Shown here in pieces: positions 1 to 9,781 of a stretch of 64,000 bases of DNA. How positions within the stretch are numbered: the stretch's first letter is position 1; each line of letters opens with the position of its first letter. Source of the DNA: Herminiimonas sp. (lineage in GTDB: Bacteria > Pseudomonadota > Gammaproteobacteria > Burkholderiales > Burkholderiaceae_D); assembly GCA_043729515.1 (NCBI GenBank), contig JAYTLK010000259.1, positions 1,199-65,198 on the forward strand, in the 5' to 3' direction. Under the pieces are notes generated by a model. It did no database searches and was not told the origin of the DNA. It worked only from the letters and a program-made list of their open reading frames with translations. Both the position numbers and the translations under genes were made by a program.

Positions 1-22
1 GGTGCCATGTCAACACACCGGT

Positions 23-52
23 AAAAGAAAAGCCGCTCTGCAAGCGGCTTTT
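23..52 (-). terminator. Rho-independent terminator downstream of the flavin oxidoreductase gene
   Basis: Perfect 10-bp stem (28-37 aaaagccgct / 43-52 agcggctttt) with 5-nt loop. On the minus strand it is followed by TTTTCTTTT. It lies about 30 nt after the stop at 81. Confidence 0.7.
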
Positions 53-80
53 CCATGACCATGACCGCCCGTCGGACGAA

Positions 81-1235
81 TCAGCGTTGGCCGATGCGGA
101 TCGCGCCAAAGATCTGCGGGGTGCCATGCGGCAGGCAACGCCAATATTGCTCCGGCGCCTGTACGGTGCCACCCAACGCCACTGCAGCACGCCATGGCCA
201 GCGCGGATCGTTCAGGAAGCCGCGCGCCATGGCGATCATGTCGGCCTTGCCGGTCTGGAGGATGTCTTGCGCCTGTTGCGGCTCCGTGATCATGCCGACC
301 GTAATGACCGGCATGCCGGTTTCCTGTTTGATGCGCGCGGCCAGCGGCACCTGATAACCCGGCCCGACCGGAATCTTCTGAGCCGGCGAGACGCCACCAC
401 TGGAGACGTCGATGAAGTGGCAGCCGGCCGCTTCAAGAGCACGGCAGAACACCACGCTTTGCTCGATGTCCCAGCCGCCTTCGACCCAGTCGGTGGCAGA
501 CAGCCGCATGCCGACGGCAATCTCCGGACCGGCCGCCTCCTGCACCGCTGCCAGCACCGCCAGTGGCAGCCGCATGCGGTTTTCCAGGGAGCCGCCGAAT
601 CGGTCGCTGCGCTGGTTGGCGATCGGCGACAAAAATTCATGCAGCAGGTAGCCATGCGCCGCATGCAGCTCGATGGCGTCGAAACCGAGCCGGCGGGCAC
701 GGGTGGTGGCGAGCGCGAACTCATGAATCAGACGCGCGATGTCAGCTTCGCTCATGGCATGCGGCGCCGACTCGCCCACCTTGTGCGGCAGGGCCGACGG
801 CGCTTCGGTGGTCCAGCCGCCATCGGCGATCTCGATCAACTGGCCGCCATCCCATGGCGACTGGCTCGATGCCTTGCGCCCCGCATGGGCCAGCTGGATT
901 GCCAGCGGCATCGGCGAGATCGCGCGCAAGCCCTGTACCAACTGTGCCATCGCCGCCTCGTTTGCATCGTCATACAGGCCGAGGTCGCCGTGGGTGATGC
1001 GCCCCTGCGGACAGACTGCGGTCGCTTCCAGACACAGCAGGCCGGCGCCCGACAGTGCCAGGCTGCCCAGGTGCGCCGCATGCCAGGGCGTCGCATTGCC
1101 TTCCTGCGCCGAGTATTGGCACATGGGCGAGATCATGATCCGATTGGGCAGGGTCAGCGGGCCGAGCGTGATCGGCGAGAACAGGGCAGGCGCATTGGCC
1201 GTGGATTTCGTGGTCGACATTGCTTCGTTGCTCAT
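81..1235 (-). CDS. NADH:flavin oxidoreductase, Old Yellow Enzyme family
   Basis: Track ORF 81..1325(-). Start trimmed to the ATG at 1235 (MSNEAMSTTKS), 5 nt after the upstream gene's stop. Motifs LFSPITLGPLTLPNRIMISPMCQY and HAAHGYLLHEFLSP are typical of OYE enzymes. Confidence 0.85.
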   Translation of the reverse strand: MSNEAMSTTKSTANAPALFSPITLGPLTLPNRIMISPMCQYSAQEGNATPWHAAHLGSLALSGAGLLCLEATAVCPQGRITHGDLGLYDDANEAAMAQLVQGLRAISPMPLAIQLAHAGRKASSQSPWDGGQLIEIADGGWTTEAPSALPHKVGESAPHAMSEADIARLIHEFALATTRARRLGFDAIELHAAHGYLLHEFLSPIANQRSDRFGGSLENRMRLPLAVLAAVQEAAGPEIAVGMRLSATDWVEGGWDIEQSVVFCRALEAAGCHFIDVSSGGVSPAQKIPVGPGYQVPLAARIKQETGMPVITVGMITEPQQAQDILQTGKADMIAMARGFLNDPRWPWRAAVALGGTVQAPEQYWRCLPHGTPQIFGAIRIGQR

Positions 1236-1240
1236 CGTTA

Positions 1241-1936
1241 TCAATACGCTTTCGACAGGAAGGACAGCGACAGGCCATGCGCCAGCGACGATGCCTTCTG
1301 ATTGTAGGCCGGACGCTCCCAGCAATTGAAACCGTGGTCGACGCCCGGATAGACTTCGATGACCGCATTCTTCGCGTCGGCAAAGCGGGTCTTGACCGCC
1401 TTGACGGCATCGGCCGAAATGTAATGATCCTGCTCCGCGAAATGGATCAGGATCGGGCAGCGCACGCGGTCGGCCTGGTCAAGCCGGGTTTCGATCGCAC
1501 CCGGGTAATAACAAACTGCCGCATCGACGCCGGCATTGGCCGCCGACAGATACGACAGCAGCCCGCCCATGCAGTAGCCGAGCGAAGCAACTTTGCCGGT
1601 GCAGCGCGCATGCTGGCGCAGGACGGCAACGGTGCTGGTCAGGTCCTGGATCGCTTGGGCGAAGTCCATGCCTTGCATGAATCCCATGGCATTGCCGAAG
1701 TCGGCTTCGGTGTAGCCGAGTTGCACGCCCGGCTGCTGGCGCCAGAACAGGTCCGGTGCCAGGACGACGTAACCGTCGAGCGCATATTGATCCGCGACCG
1801 CGCGAATGTGGGCATTGACGCCAAAGATTTCCTGGATCAGGACGATGCCCGGGCCGCGGCCGGCGGGCGGCAGCGACAGGTATCCCTGAAACTGCTGGCC
1901 ATCATGGCTGGCGATATCGATCATGCTGGATGTCAT
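1241..1936 (-). CDS. dienelactone hydrolase family protein (carboxymethylenebutenolidase-like)
   Basis: 231-aa ORF. GYCMGG nucleophile elbow and GIVLIQEIFGVN segment typical of DLH alpha/beta hydrolases. Tightly linked to the OYE gene. Confidence 0.8.
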   Translation of the reverse strand: MTSSMIDIASHDGQQFQGYLSLPPAGRGPGIVLIQEIFGVNAHIRAVADQYALDGYVVLAPDLFWRQQPGVQLGYTEADFGNAMGFMQGMDFAQAIQDLTSTVAVLRQHARCTGKVASLGYCMGGLLSYLSAANAGVDAAVCYYPGAIETRLDQADRVRCPILIHFAEQDHYISADAVKAVKTRFADAKNAVIEVYPGVDHGFNCWERPAYNQKASSLAHGLSLSFLSKAY

Positions 1937-2053
1937 GGTATGGTTCCTCGAGATGGACTGCGGAGTCTATGGCATTTTCGATCACTGCGTTGTGGTGGAA
2001 AGTTATGGTTTGGCGCAACACCTTATGGTAAATTCCGCGCTTATTTCACGAAG

Positions 2054-2106
2054 CGCATTCGATCAATGCGTAGCGTCGTTCCATCCCGGTGCGGATTCGA
2101 TCGAAT
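2054..2106. promoter_or_regulatory. Two related palindromic boxes (candidate operator) upstream of dppA
   Basis: CGCATTcgatcAATGCG (2054-2070, 6-5-6 inverted repeat) and the perfect 12-bp palindrome ATTCGATCGAAT (2095-2106). Both share the ATTCGATC core. A further TCGAAT half-site follows near 2119. Confidence 0.3.
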
Positions 2107-2156
2107 TCCCGATCCCGGTCGAATCGCCCGAAGCACCCTTCCTTCAGGAGAGTCAG

Positions 2157-3779
2157 ATGTCGAAGCACTTGTCCCTGCGTCGCAAGCACATTGCGAAGGC
2201 CGTTCTCATTGCCGTCTTCGGCGCCTGGGCCGGCATGGCCAGCGCAGCCAAGACCCTGGTGTTCTGCTCCGAAGGCAGCCCGGAAGGCTTCAATCCACAG
2301 CTCTTCACGACCGGCACCACGGCCGATGCTTCCGGCGTGCCGCTCTACAACCGATTGGTCGAATTTGAACTCGGCACCACCAATGTGGTTCCCGGCCTGG
2401 CGAAATCCTGGGAAGTCTCGCCCGACGGCCTGACCTACACTTTCCATTTGCGCAGTGGCGTGAAATTCCACGGCAGTGCCAAATTCAAGCCGACGCGTGA
2501 CCTGAATGCCGACGACATCCTGTTCTCGTACAACCGGATGGCCGACCCGAAACATCCGTTTCACAGCACCGCCGTCGGCCAGACCTTCGCCTATTACGAG
2601 GACATGGGCCTTGGCAATATCGTCGACAAGCTGGAGAAAGTCGACGCCATGACGGTGCGCTTCAAGTTGAAGCATGCCGAGGCGCCGTTCCTGGCCGACC
2701 TGGCGATGGATTTCGCCTCGATCCTGTCGGCCGAATATGCGGACAAGATGATGGCGGCTAAAACTGCCGACGTGGTCGACCGTGAACCGATCGGCACCGG
2801 CCCGTTCCAGTTCGTCTCGTACCAGAAGGACGCGATCATCCGCTACAAGGCCTTCGATGCGCATTGGGACGGCCGGCCGAAGATCGACAACCTGATCTAT
2901 GCGATCACACCCGATGCCTCGGTGCGTTATGCAAAACTGAAAGCGGGGGAATGCCACGTCATGGCGTTTCCGAAGCCGGCCGACATTGCCGCCATGAAGG
3001 CCGACAAGAACATCAACCTGATGACGAAAGAGGGCCTGAACATCGGCTACATCGGCTTCAACGTGGAGAAGAAACCGTTCGACAGCAAACTTGTGCGCCA
3101 GGCGCTGTCGATGGCGGTCGACAAGCAGACCATTCTCAAGACGGTCTATCAGGGCGCCGGCCAGTCTGCCAAGAACCTGATTCCGCCGACCATGTGGTCC
3201 TACAACGACCGCGTCAAGGATTATCCGTACGACGTGGCGAAAGCAAAGGAACTGATGGCCAAGGCCGGTTATGCCAAGGGCGTCGAAGTCGACCTCTGGT
3301 ATCTGCCGGTGACCCGTCCCTACAATCCGGACGGCAAGCGCATGGCAGAACTGATCCAGGCCGACTGGGAAAAGATCGGCGTCAAGACCAGGCTGGTGAC
3401 CTTCGAATGGGGCGAGTATCGCAAGCGCAGCAAGAGCGGCGAGCAGTCAGCGATGATGTTCGGCTGGTCGGGCGACAACGGCGATCCCGATAATTTCTTC
3501 GTGCCGATCCTGTCCTGCGATGCGGTCAAGGGCGGTGGCAACACGGCGCGCTGGTGCAACAAGGATTTCGAAGAGTTGCTGAACAAGGCGAAATCCACGC
3601 CGAAACAGGAAGAGCGCGCCAAGCTCTATGAAAAAGCGCAAGAGATCGCGCATGAAGAAGCGCCGCTGCTGGAGCTTGCCCATTCGGTGCGTTTCACGCC
3701 GGTGCGCAAGGAAGTCATCGGCTTCAAGATGGATGCGGTCGGCCATCATAATTTCAACAAGGTCGATCTCGCGAAGTAA
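2157..3779 (+). CDS. dppA: dipeptide ABC transporter periplasmic binding protein
   Basis: KTLVFCSEGSPEGFNPQLFTTGTTADASGVPLYNRLVEF closely parallels the mature N-terminus of E. coli DppA. Signal peptide MSKHLSLRRKHIAKAVLIAVFGAWAGMASA. caggagag RBS before ATG 2157. The track start at 1923 is an upstream extension. Confidence 0.9.
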   Translation: MSKHLSLRRKHIAKAVLIAVFGAWAGMASAAKTLVFCSEGSPEGFNPQLFTTGTTADASGVPLYNRLVEFELGTTNVVPGLAKSWEVSPDGLTYTFHLRSGVKFHGSAKFKPTRDLNADDILFSYNRMADPKHPFHSTAVGQTFAYYEDMGLGNIVDKLEKVDAMTVRFKLKHAEAPFLADLAMDFASILSAEYADKMMAAKTADVVDREPIGTGPFQFVSYQKDAIIRYKAFDAHWDGRPKIDNLIYAITPDASVRYAKLKAGECHVMAFPKPADIAAMKADKNINLMTKEGLNIGYIGFNVEKKPFDSKLVRQALSMAVDKQTILKTVYQGAGQSAKNLIPPTMWSYNDRVKDYPYDVAKAKELMAKAGYAKGVEVDLWYLPVTRPYNPDGKRMAELIQADWEKIGVKTRLVTFEWGEYRKRSKSGEQSAMMFGWSGDNGDPDNFFVPILSCDAVKGGGNTARWCNKDFEELLNKAKSTPKQEERAKLYEKAQEIAHEEAPLLELAHSVRFTPVRKEVIGFKMDAVGHHNFNKVDLAK

Positions 3780-3787
3780 GGCAGCCC

Positions 3788-4798
3788 ATGTTCGGTTTTC
3801 TGTTGCGCCGGATCGGGCTGATCATCCCGACGTTCCTGGGGATCACGCTGCTCGTGTTCTCCTTGATTCACATGATTCCCGGCGATGCGGTCGAAGCGAT
3901 GTCGGGCGAGCGTGGAATGGAGCCGGCGCGTTACGCCCGATTGCTGCATGAATTCGGCCTGGACCGGCCGCTCTACGTGCAGTATGCCGATTATGTCGGC
4001 AACGTCGTCCGCGGCAATCTGGGCGCGTCGATCACGACCCACGAGCCGGTGCTGACCGAGTTCGCCACGCTCTTTCCGGCCACCCTGGAGCTGGCCGCGT
4101 GTGCCATCGTCATCGCGCTGGTGATCGGCCTGCCGGCCGGCATGCTGGCGGCGTTGAAGCGCAATACCTTCCTCGATTACTCGGTGATGGGCGTGTCCCT
4201 GACCGGCTACTCGATGCCGATCTTCTGGTGGGCGCTGCTGTTGATCCTGCTGTTTTCGGTCACGCTCGGCTGGACACCGGTGTCGGGCCGCATCGATATT
4301 TTGTATGATCTGCCGCCGGTGACGGGTTTCATGCTGATTGACAGCCTGCTCTCTGGCGAAGACGGCGCCTTCCGTTCGGCCGCGTCGCATCTGGTATTGC
4401 CGGCGATCGCGCTTGGCACGATCCCGCTGGCAGTGATCGCCCGCATGACGCGCTCGTCGATGCTGGAGGTGCTGCGGGAAGACTACGTGCGCACGGCCCG
4501 CGCCAAGGGCTTGTCGCGCATGCGGGTGATCGGCGTGCATGCCTTTCGCAATGCGCTGATTCCCGTGGTGACCGTGATCGGCCTGCAGGTCGGTACGCTC
4601 CTGGCCGGCGCGATCCTGACCGAGACCATCTTCTCCTGGCCCGGCATCGGCAAATGGCTGGTCGAAGCAATCCACCGCCGGGACTATCCGGTGGTGCAGG
4701 GCGGCATTCTGCTCTCGGCCACCATCATCATTCTGGTCAACCTGATTGTCGACGTGCTGTATGGCGTGATCAATCCCCGCATTCGCCATACCGCATGA
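3788..4798 (+). CDS. dppB: dipeptide ABC transporter permease
   Basis: MFGFLLRRIGLIIPTFLGITLLVFSLIHMIPGD matches the DppB/OppB N-terminus. 336-aa polytopic membrane protein. Confidence 0.9.
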   Translation: MFGFLLRRIGLIIPTFLGITLLVFSLIHMIPGDAVEAMSGERGMEPARYARLLHEFGLDRPLYVQYADYVGNVVRGNLGASITTHEPVLTEFATLFPATLELAACAIVIALVIGLPAGMLAALKRNTFLDYSVMGVSLTGYSMPIFWWALLLILLFSVTLGWTPVSGRIDILYDLPPVTGFMLIDSLLSGEDGAFRSAASHLVLPAIALGTIPLAVIARMTRSSMLEVLREDYVRTARAKGLSRMRVIGVHAFRNALIPVVTVIGLQVGTLLAGAILTETIFSWPGIGKWLVEAIHRRDYPVVQGGILLSATIIILVNLIVDVLYGVINPRIRHTA

Positions 4799-5793
4799 GC
4801 GCAGAATTCGATTCGCTGGCCACGCCCGGTGTGCCCGGCGCACGCGGCGCGTCCGGCGCCGCGGTTGGTCCTGCGGCACCTGACGCGCCGGTGGGGTCCA
4901 CTGCGTTCATTGCACCGATGGCGGCGTCGGCGCCGCCGCATCCGTTGCGCGAGATGTGGAACTATTTCCGGCAGAACCGTGGCGCCGTGATCGGTCTGGC
5001 AGTAGTCTGCCTGATCATCCTGACGGCGTTGCTGGCCGACGTGATCGCGCCGCATTCGCCGACCCTGCAGTATCGGGATGCCACGCTGGTGCCGCCGGCC
5101 TGGCAGGCGGGCGGCAACAGCCGCTTCCTGCTCGGCACCGACCCGGTCGGGCGCGACATGCTGTCGCGCCTGATCCACGGCACCCGGTTGTCGCTGATCA
5201 TCGGCCTGGTATCGGTGTCGCTGTCGCTGTCGATCGGCATCGTGCTCGGGCTGGTGGCGGGTTACTACCGCGGCGTGGTGGAAGTGGCGATCATGCGGCT
5301 GATGGACATCATGCTGGCCTTGCCGAGCCTGCTGCTGGCGGTGGCGATCGTCGCCATCCTGGGGCCGGGGCTGATCAATGCGATGTATGCCATTGCAGTG
5401 GTGATGATGCCGCACTATGCGCGCCAGACGCGGGCGGCCGTCATCGGCGAACTTTCACGCGACTATGTGAGCGCCTCGCGCATCGCCGGCGCCGGCACGC
5501 TGCGCATCATGTTCGATTGCGTGCTGCCGAATTGCGCCGCACCCCTGATCGTCCAGGCCACGCTCGGCTTTTCCAGCGCGATCCTGGACGCCGCCGCGCT
5601 GGGTTTCCTGGGCCTGGGCGCGCAGCCGCCGACACCGGAATGGGGCTCCATGCTGGCCAGCGCGCTGGAATTCATCCAGAGCGCCTGGTGGGTGGTGACC
5701 TTTCCGGGCCTGGCGATCCTGATCTCGGTGCTGGCGTTCAACCTGATGGGCGACGGCCTGCGGGATGCGCTCGACCCCAAGCTCAAGCGCTGA
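4795..5793 (+). CDS. dppC: dipeptide ABC transporter permease
   Basis: ATG at 4795 overlaps the dppB stop (ATGA). LREMWNYFRQNRGAVIGL matches the DppC N-terminal motif. It carries an Ala/Pro-rich N-terminal extension of about 30 aa relative to E. coli DppC. Confidence 0.85.
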   Translation: MSAEFDSLATPGVPGARGASGAAVGPAAPDAPVGSTAFIAPMAASAPPHPLREMWNYFRQNRGAVIGLAVVCLIILTALLADVIAPHSPTLQYRDATLVPPAWQAGGNSRFLLGTDPVGRDMLSRLIHGTRLSLIIGLVSVSLSLSIGIVLGLVAGYYRGVVEVAIMRLMDIMLALPSLLLAVAIVAILGPGLINAMYAIAVVMMPHYARQTRAAVIGELSRDYVSASRIAGAGTLRIMFDCVLPNCAAPLIVQATLGFSSAILDAAALGFLGLGAQPPTPEWGSMLASALEFIQSAWWVVTFPGLAILISVLAFNLMGDGLRDALDPKLKR

Positions 5794-5841
5794 TCGCCGG
5801 CGGCACGTTCCCAAGCAATCCAACACAAGCAAAGACACCGC

Positions 5842-6840
5842 ATGGCGCTTCTCGACATTCAGGATCTGCGGGTGGAATTCGGCACCGAAGCCGCGCCTTT
5901 CATCGCCGTCGATGGCCTCGACCTGGCCATCGATGCCGGCGAGGTGGTCGGCATCGTCGGTGAATCCGGTTCCGGCAAAAGCGTGACCTCGCTGGCCCTG
6001 ATGGGTCTGATCGACTATCCGGGCCGGGTGCGCGCGCAGCGCATGGCTTTCGATGGCCGCGACCTGAACACGATGCCGGAGCGCGAGCGCCGCCGCTTGC
6101 TCGGCAAGGACATCGCGATGATCTTCCAGGATCCGATGACCAGCCTGAACCCCTGTTTTACCGTTGCCGATCAGCTGATGGAAACCCTGCGCGTGCATCA
6201 GGGCGGGCCGCGCAAGCTGTTGCGCAACAAGGCGCTGGCGCTGCTCAAGCAGGTCGAGATTCCCGATCCGGAGCGCCGGCTCGACGCCTATCCGCATCAG
6301 CTTTCCGGCGGCATGAGCCAGCGCGTCATGGTGGCCATTGCGATCGCCTGCAATCCGCGCCTGCTGATCGCCGACGAGCCGACCACGGCGCTCGACGTCA
6401 CGGTGCAGGCGCAGATGCTGGAATTGCTGTTGTCATTGCAGCGCCAGCGTGGCATGGCGCTGATGCTGATCACGCACGATCTGTCGGTGGTGGCGCAGAC
6501 GGCGCAGCGGGTGGTGGTGATGTATGCCGGCCAGGTGGTCGAGACCGGCGCGGTGCCGGCAATTTTCAATGCGCCGCATCATCCCTATACCCAGGCGTTG
6601 CTGGCGGCACTGCCGGAAAACAACGTCGGGCGGGCAAGGCTGCAGACGATTCCAGGGGTGGTGCCGGGGCAGCATGATCGGCCGACCGGTTGCCTGCTCG
6701 GTCCCCGCTGCGCGTATGCGAAGGCGCGCTGTCGCAGTGAACGACCGGCATTGCTGCCGGTCGACCGCAGCACCGTGCGCTGCCATTTCCCCCTCGACGC
6801 GACCGGCAGCCCGACCAACGGCTGGCACGATGCGCCATGA
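5842..6840 (+). CDS. dppD: dipeptide ABC transporter ATP-binding protein
   Basis: Walker [10 protein letters not shown], signature LSGGMSQRV, and a C-terminal oligopeptide-ABC extension (HPYTQALL). Confidence 0.9.
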   Translation: MALLDIQDLRVEFGTEAAPFIAVDGLDLAIDAGEVVGIVGESGSGKSVTSLALMGLIDYPGRVRAQRMAFDGRDLNTMPERERRRLLGKDIAMIFQDPMTSLNPCFTVADQLMETLRVHQGGPRKLLRNKALALLKQVEIPDPERRLDAYPHQLSGGMSQRVMVAIAIACNPRLLIADEPTTALDVTVQAQMLELLLSLQRQRGMALMLITHDLSVVAQTAQRVVVMYAGQVVETGAVPAIFNAPHHPYTQALLAALPENNVGRARLQTIPGVVPGQHDRPTGCLLGPRCAYAKARCRSERPALLPVDRSTVRCHFPLDATGSPTNGWHDAP

Positions 6841-7865
6841 ATGAACCGACCATGATGCATGCCCCCGACATCATTGCCGACGGCTCGCGTGCCGGCGCGC
6901 CGCCGCTGCTGGAGGCGAACGACCTGTCGCGGCATTACGCCGTCTCGCAGGGTTTTCTGAAGCCGAAGGCGGTGGCGCGTGCGCTTGATGGCGTCTCGTT
7001 CACGCTCGACGCCGGTCGCACGCTGGCCGTGGTCGGCGAATCCGGCTGCGGCAAGTCGACGCTGGCGCGCCAGATCACGATGATCGAGCCGCCCACGGGC
7101 GGGTCGCTCCTGCTGGAGGGCATCGATGTCGCCGGCGCCGATCGGGCGACGTTGAAGCGGGTGCGCCCGCTGGTGCAGATGGTGTTCCAGAATCCCTACG
7201 CCAGCCTGAATCCGCGCAAGAAGGTCGGCGCGATGCTGGAAGAACCGCTGGTGATCAACACGTCGCAATCAGCGGCGCAACGGGCCGAAGCAGCGCAGGC
7301 GATGATGGCCAAGGTCGGCCTGCGTCCCGAGCACTACAGCCGCTACCCGCACATGTTCTCGGGTGGCCAGCGCCAGCGCATCGCGATCGCTCGGGCGCTG
7401 ATGCTGTCGCCGAAAGTGATCGTGGCCGACGAGCCGGTGTCGGCGCTCGATGTCTCGATCCAGGCCCAGGTGCTGAACCTGTTGATGGACCTCCAGGAGG
7501 AGACGGGCGTTGCCTATCTGTTCATCTCTCACAACCTGGCCGTGGTCGAGCTGATTGCCGACGACGTGCTGGTGATGTATCTCGGCAAAGCCGTCGAGCA
7601 CGGTGCGAAAGCGGCTGTCTTCAGCCGGCCGCTGCATCCCTATACCCGGGCGCTGCTGGCCAGCACGCCGCGCATCGATCCGGCCCAGCGGCAGCAGAAG
7701 ATCATGCTGCCGGGCGAGTTGCCGTCGCCGCTGGCGCCGCCTCCGGGTTGCGCATTCAATACGCGGTGTCCGCATGCAATCGAGCGCTGCCGGGTCGAGG
7801 TGCCTTTGCTGGCGCCGTTTGATGGCCGGATGGTCGCCTGTCACCGGGTAGCCGAAATTTCCTGA
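6837..7865 (+). CDS. dppF: dipeptide ABC transporter ATP-binding protein
   Basis: Overlaps the dppD stop (ATGA). Walker [10 protein letters not shown], signature [17 protein letters not shown] tail. Confidence 0.9.
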   Translation: MNEPTMMHAPDIIADGSRAGAPPLLEANDLSRHYAVSQGFLKPKAVARALDGVSFTLDAGRTLAVVGESGCGKSTLARQITMIEPPTGGSLLLEGIDVAGADRATLKRVRPLVQMVFQNPYASLNPRKKVGAMLEEPLVINTSQSAAQRAEAAQAMMAKVGLRPEHYSRYPHMFSGGQRQRIAIARALMLSPKVIVADEPVSALDVSIQAQVLNLLMDLQEETGVAYLFISHNLAVVELIADDVLVMYLGKAVEHGAKAAVFSRPLHPYTRALLASTPRIDPAQRQQKIMLPGELPSPLAPPPGCAFNTRCPHAIERCRVEVPLLAPFDGRMVACHRVAEIS

Positions 7866-7885
7866 GACGGTGCTTGGTCTGGCTA

Positions 7886-8548
7886 TCAGGCAGCAGCACT
7901 GCCGATCTGCGATAACGACGCCATCAGGTCGGCGAAGCGCTGTCCCTGGACCATGATGTGGCCCCGCAGCAGTTCGGCGGTGCGATCGCCATCGCCGGCC
8001 AGGATCGCCTCGACCACCGCCGCATGCTCGCCGTAGGAGGCGTTGAGACGGTCACGCACCCGCAGCTGCAAGCGGCGATAGGGCCGCAGGCGGCGGTGCA
8101 GGGCGCGTGCCTGCCCCGCCAGGAACGCATTGTGGCTGCCGGCGTAGATCGCATCGTGGAACAACTCGTTCTGGTAAAAATAGGCATCGGTGTCCTGCGA
8201 CAGGCAGGCTTCGCTGCAAGCATGATGCGCAGCAAGAAGCGTAGCGTGTTCTGCTGCGGACATGCGCCGTGCTGCCAGGCGTCCCGCCATGGCCTCGAAT
8301 TCCGCCATCACTTCGAACATTTCGACCAGCTGCTGCGGACCGATTTCCGCCACCACCGCGCCGCGCCGCGGCCGCAGGCTCACGATTCCCACCGATGCCA
8401 GCTGTAGCAATGCCTCCCGCACCGGCGTACGCGATACCCCGTATTGCTCAGCCAGTTCTGTCTCATCAAGATGATGCCCGGGAGACAATGCGCCGGTTGC
8501 GATCATCTCTTCGATCGATTCCCGAAGGTTGGCGTGACGATTTTTCAT
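7886..8548 (-). CDS. GntR-family transcriptional regulator (FCD ligand domain)
   Basis: wHTH LAEQYGVSRTPVREALLQL followed by an all-helical FCD-type C-terminal domain. Divergent from the TRAP/mdc operon. Start uncertain: ATG 8548 preferred, with ATG 8587 or the track start at 8665 as alternatives. Confidence 0.8.
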   Translation of the reverse strand: MKNRHANLRESIEEMIATGALSPGHHLDETELAEQYGVSRTPVREALLQLASVGIVSLRPRRGAVVAEIGPQQLVEMFEVMAEFEAMAGRLAARRMSAAEHATLLAAHHACSEACLSQDTDAYFYQNELFHDAIYAGSHNAFLAGQARALHRRLRPYRRLQLRVRDRLNASYGEHAAVVEAILAGDGDRTAELLRGHIMVQGQRFADLMASLSQIGSAAA

Positions 8549-8606
8549 GAGCTTCGCTTTCAAATGCACCAAACTCGGCGAATTCATTATAAATCCACAT
8601 TTCAGC

Positions 8607-8642
8607 TTGACAATGCATACGGTGTGTTTAATCTTGTATACA
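8607..8642 (+). promoter_or_regulatory. Candidate sigma-70 promoter plus GntR-type operator for the TRAP/mdc operon
   Basis: TTGACA (8607-8612), 16-nt spacer, TAATCT (8629-8634), immediately followed by the palindrome TGTATACA (8635-8642, GT-N2-AC core as in GntR/FadR-type operators). Confidence 0.35.
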
Positions 8643-8755
8643 CGACGAGCAATCATGCATACCAAATTATTGCTTGATCTTGCACATCATATAAATATCC
8701 GGACCTGATTCAAACGCCTGCATCGACAGCGTGGGTCCAATCGTGAGGAGACAAC

Positions 8756-9781
8756 ATGACAACCATTACCAGAAGAACCATCCTTGGCGTCCTGGCCAGC
8801 AGCCCGCTGTGGAGCCTGAATGGCGCCTGGGCGCAGACAGCCACGACCCTGAAGATTTCCCACCAGTTCCCGGGTGGCACGCTGACCGAAGGCGATTTTC
8901 GCGATCGCCTGACCCGGATGTTTGCCCAGGAAGTCGAAAAGCGCAGCAAGGGCAGCCTGAAGTTCGAAATCTACCCGGGCGCGTCTCTCATGAAGATCAA
9001 TGCCCAGATCTCGTCCCTGCGCAAGGCCGCGCTGGACCTGAGCCTGGTGCCACTGTCCTATGCCGGCGGTGAAATGCCGGAAGTCAACATCGGCCTGATG
9101 CCCGGACTGGTCACGTCCTACGAGCAAGGCTATGGCTGGAAGAACAAGGACATCGGTCGTGCACTCGACAAATTCCTGAACGAGAAAGGGATCGTCGTCG
9201 TCAGCTGGATCTGGCAGGCCGGCGGCATGGCCTCGCGCAGCGCCAATCCGGTGATCCAGCCGGAAGATGCGAAGGGCTTGAAGATCCGTGGCGGCTCGCG
9301 CGAAATGGACATGATGTTGAAGGCCGCAGGCGCTGCCGTGGTCACCGGCCCGACCAACGAAATCTATGCCGGCCTGCAGACCGGCGCCATGGATGCGGCA
9401 CTGACCTCGTCGACCTCGCTCATCTCCTTCCGCCTCGAAGAAGTCGCCAAGAGCCTGACCACCGGGCGCGGCGGTGCCTACTGGTTCATGTTCGAGCCGC
9501 TGCTGATGTCGAAGGCGATCTTCGACAAGCTGACCAAGGAACAACAGCAAGTCATCATGACGGTTGGCGCCGAACTCGAAACCTTCGCCCGCAAGGCGGC
9601 GCAAACCGATGACGAACTGGTGGCTGCCGTCTACCAGCGCGCCGGCGCCAAGGTGGGCGATCTGAACGCCGCCACCGTCAAGAAATGGCAGGCGCTGGCG
9701 CGTGACACCGCCTGGAAAGATTACGCCGACCGTAACGCCACTTGTGCGGCGATGCTGAAAATGGCGGAGAAGACCCTGTGA
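8756..9781 (+). CDS. TRAP transporter substrate-binding protein (DctP family)
   Basis: 341 aa. RR-containing signal peptide MTTITRRTILGVLASSPLWSLNGAWA. gaggag RBS. DctP-family layout, followed by Q and M subunits. Confidence 0.85.
   Translation: MTTITRRTILGVLASSPLWSLNGAWAQTATTLKISHQFPGGTLTEGDFRDRLTRMFAQEVEKRSKGSLKFEIYPGASLMKINAQISSLRKAALDLSLVPLSYAGGEMPEVNIGLMPGLVTSYEQGYGWKNKDIGRALDKFLNEKGIVVVSWIWQAGGMASRSANPVIQPEDAKGLKIRGGSREMDMMLKAAGAAVVTGPTNEIYAGLQTGAMDAALTSSTSLISFRLEEVAKSLTTGRGGAYWFMFEPLLMSKAIFDKLTKEQQQVIMTVGAELETFARKAAQTDDELVAAVYQRAGAKVGDLNAATVKKWQALARDTAWKDYADRNATCAAMLKMAEKTL

Noticed and set aside
87-1301. 404-aa ORF on the plus strand, antisense to the OYE gene
   Set aside because: Arg/Ala/Gly-rich shadow ORF typical of GC-rich DNA. 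It has no motifs, whereas the opposite strand encodes a well-supported flavin oxidoreductase.
1923-2156. Upstream extensions of track ORFs (for example dppA from 1923). Similar extensions occur for iscU, iscS, mdcB, uvrB, recJ, the kinase at 26494 and the 19453 and 46941 ORFs.
   Set aside because: The extended N-termini lack homology. They cross divergent promoters or upstream genes. Internal starts give canonical N-termini, often with an RBS or stop/start overlap.
3746-4879. 377-aa minus-strand ORF over dppB
   Set aside because: Arg/His/Gln/Asp-rich shadow ORF. The plus strand encodes DppB with clear homology.
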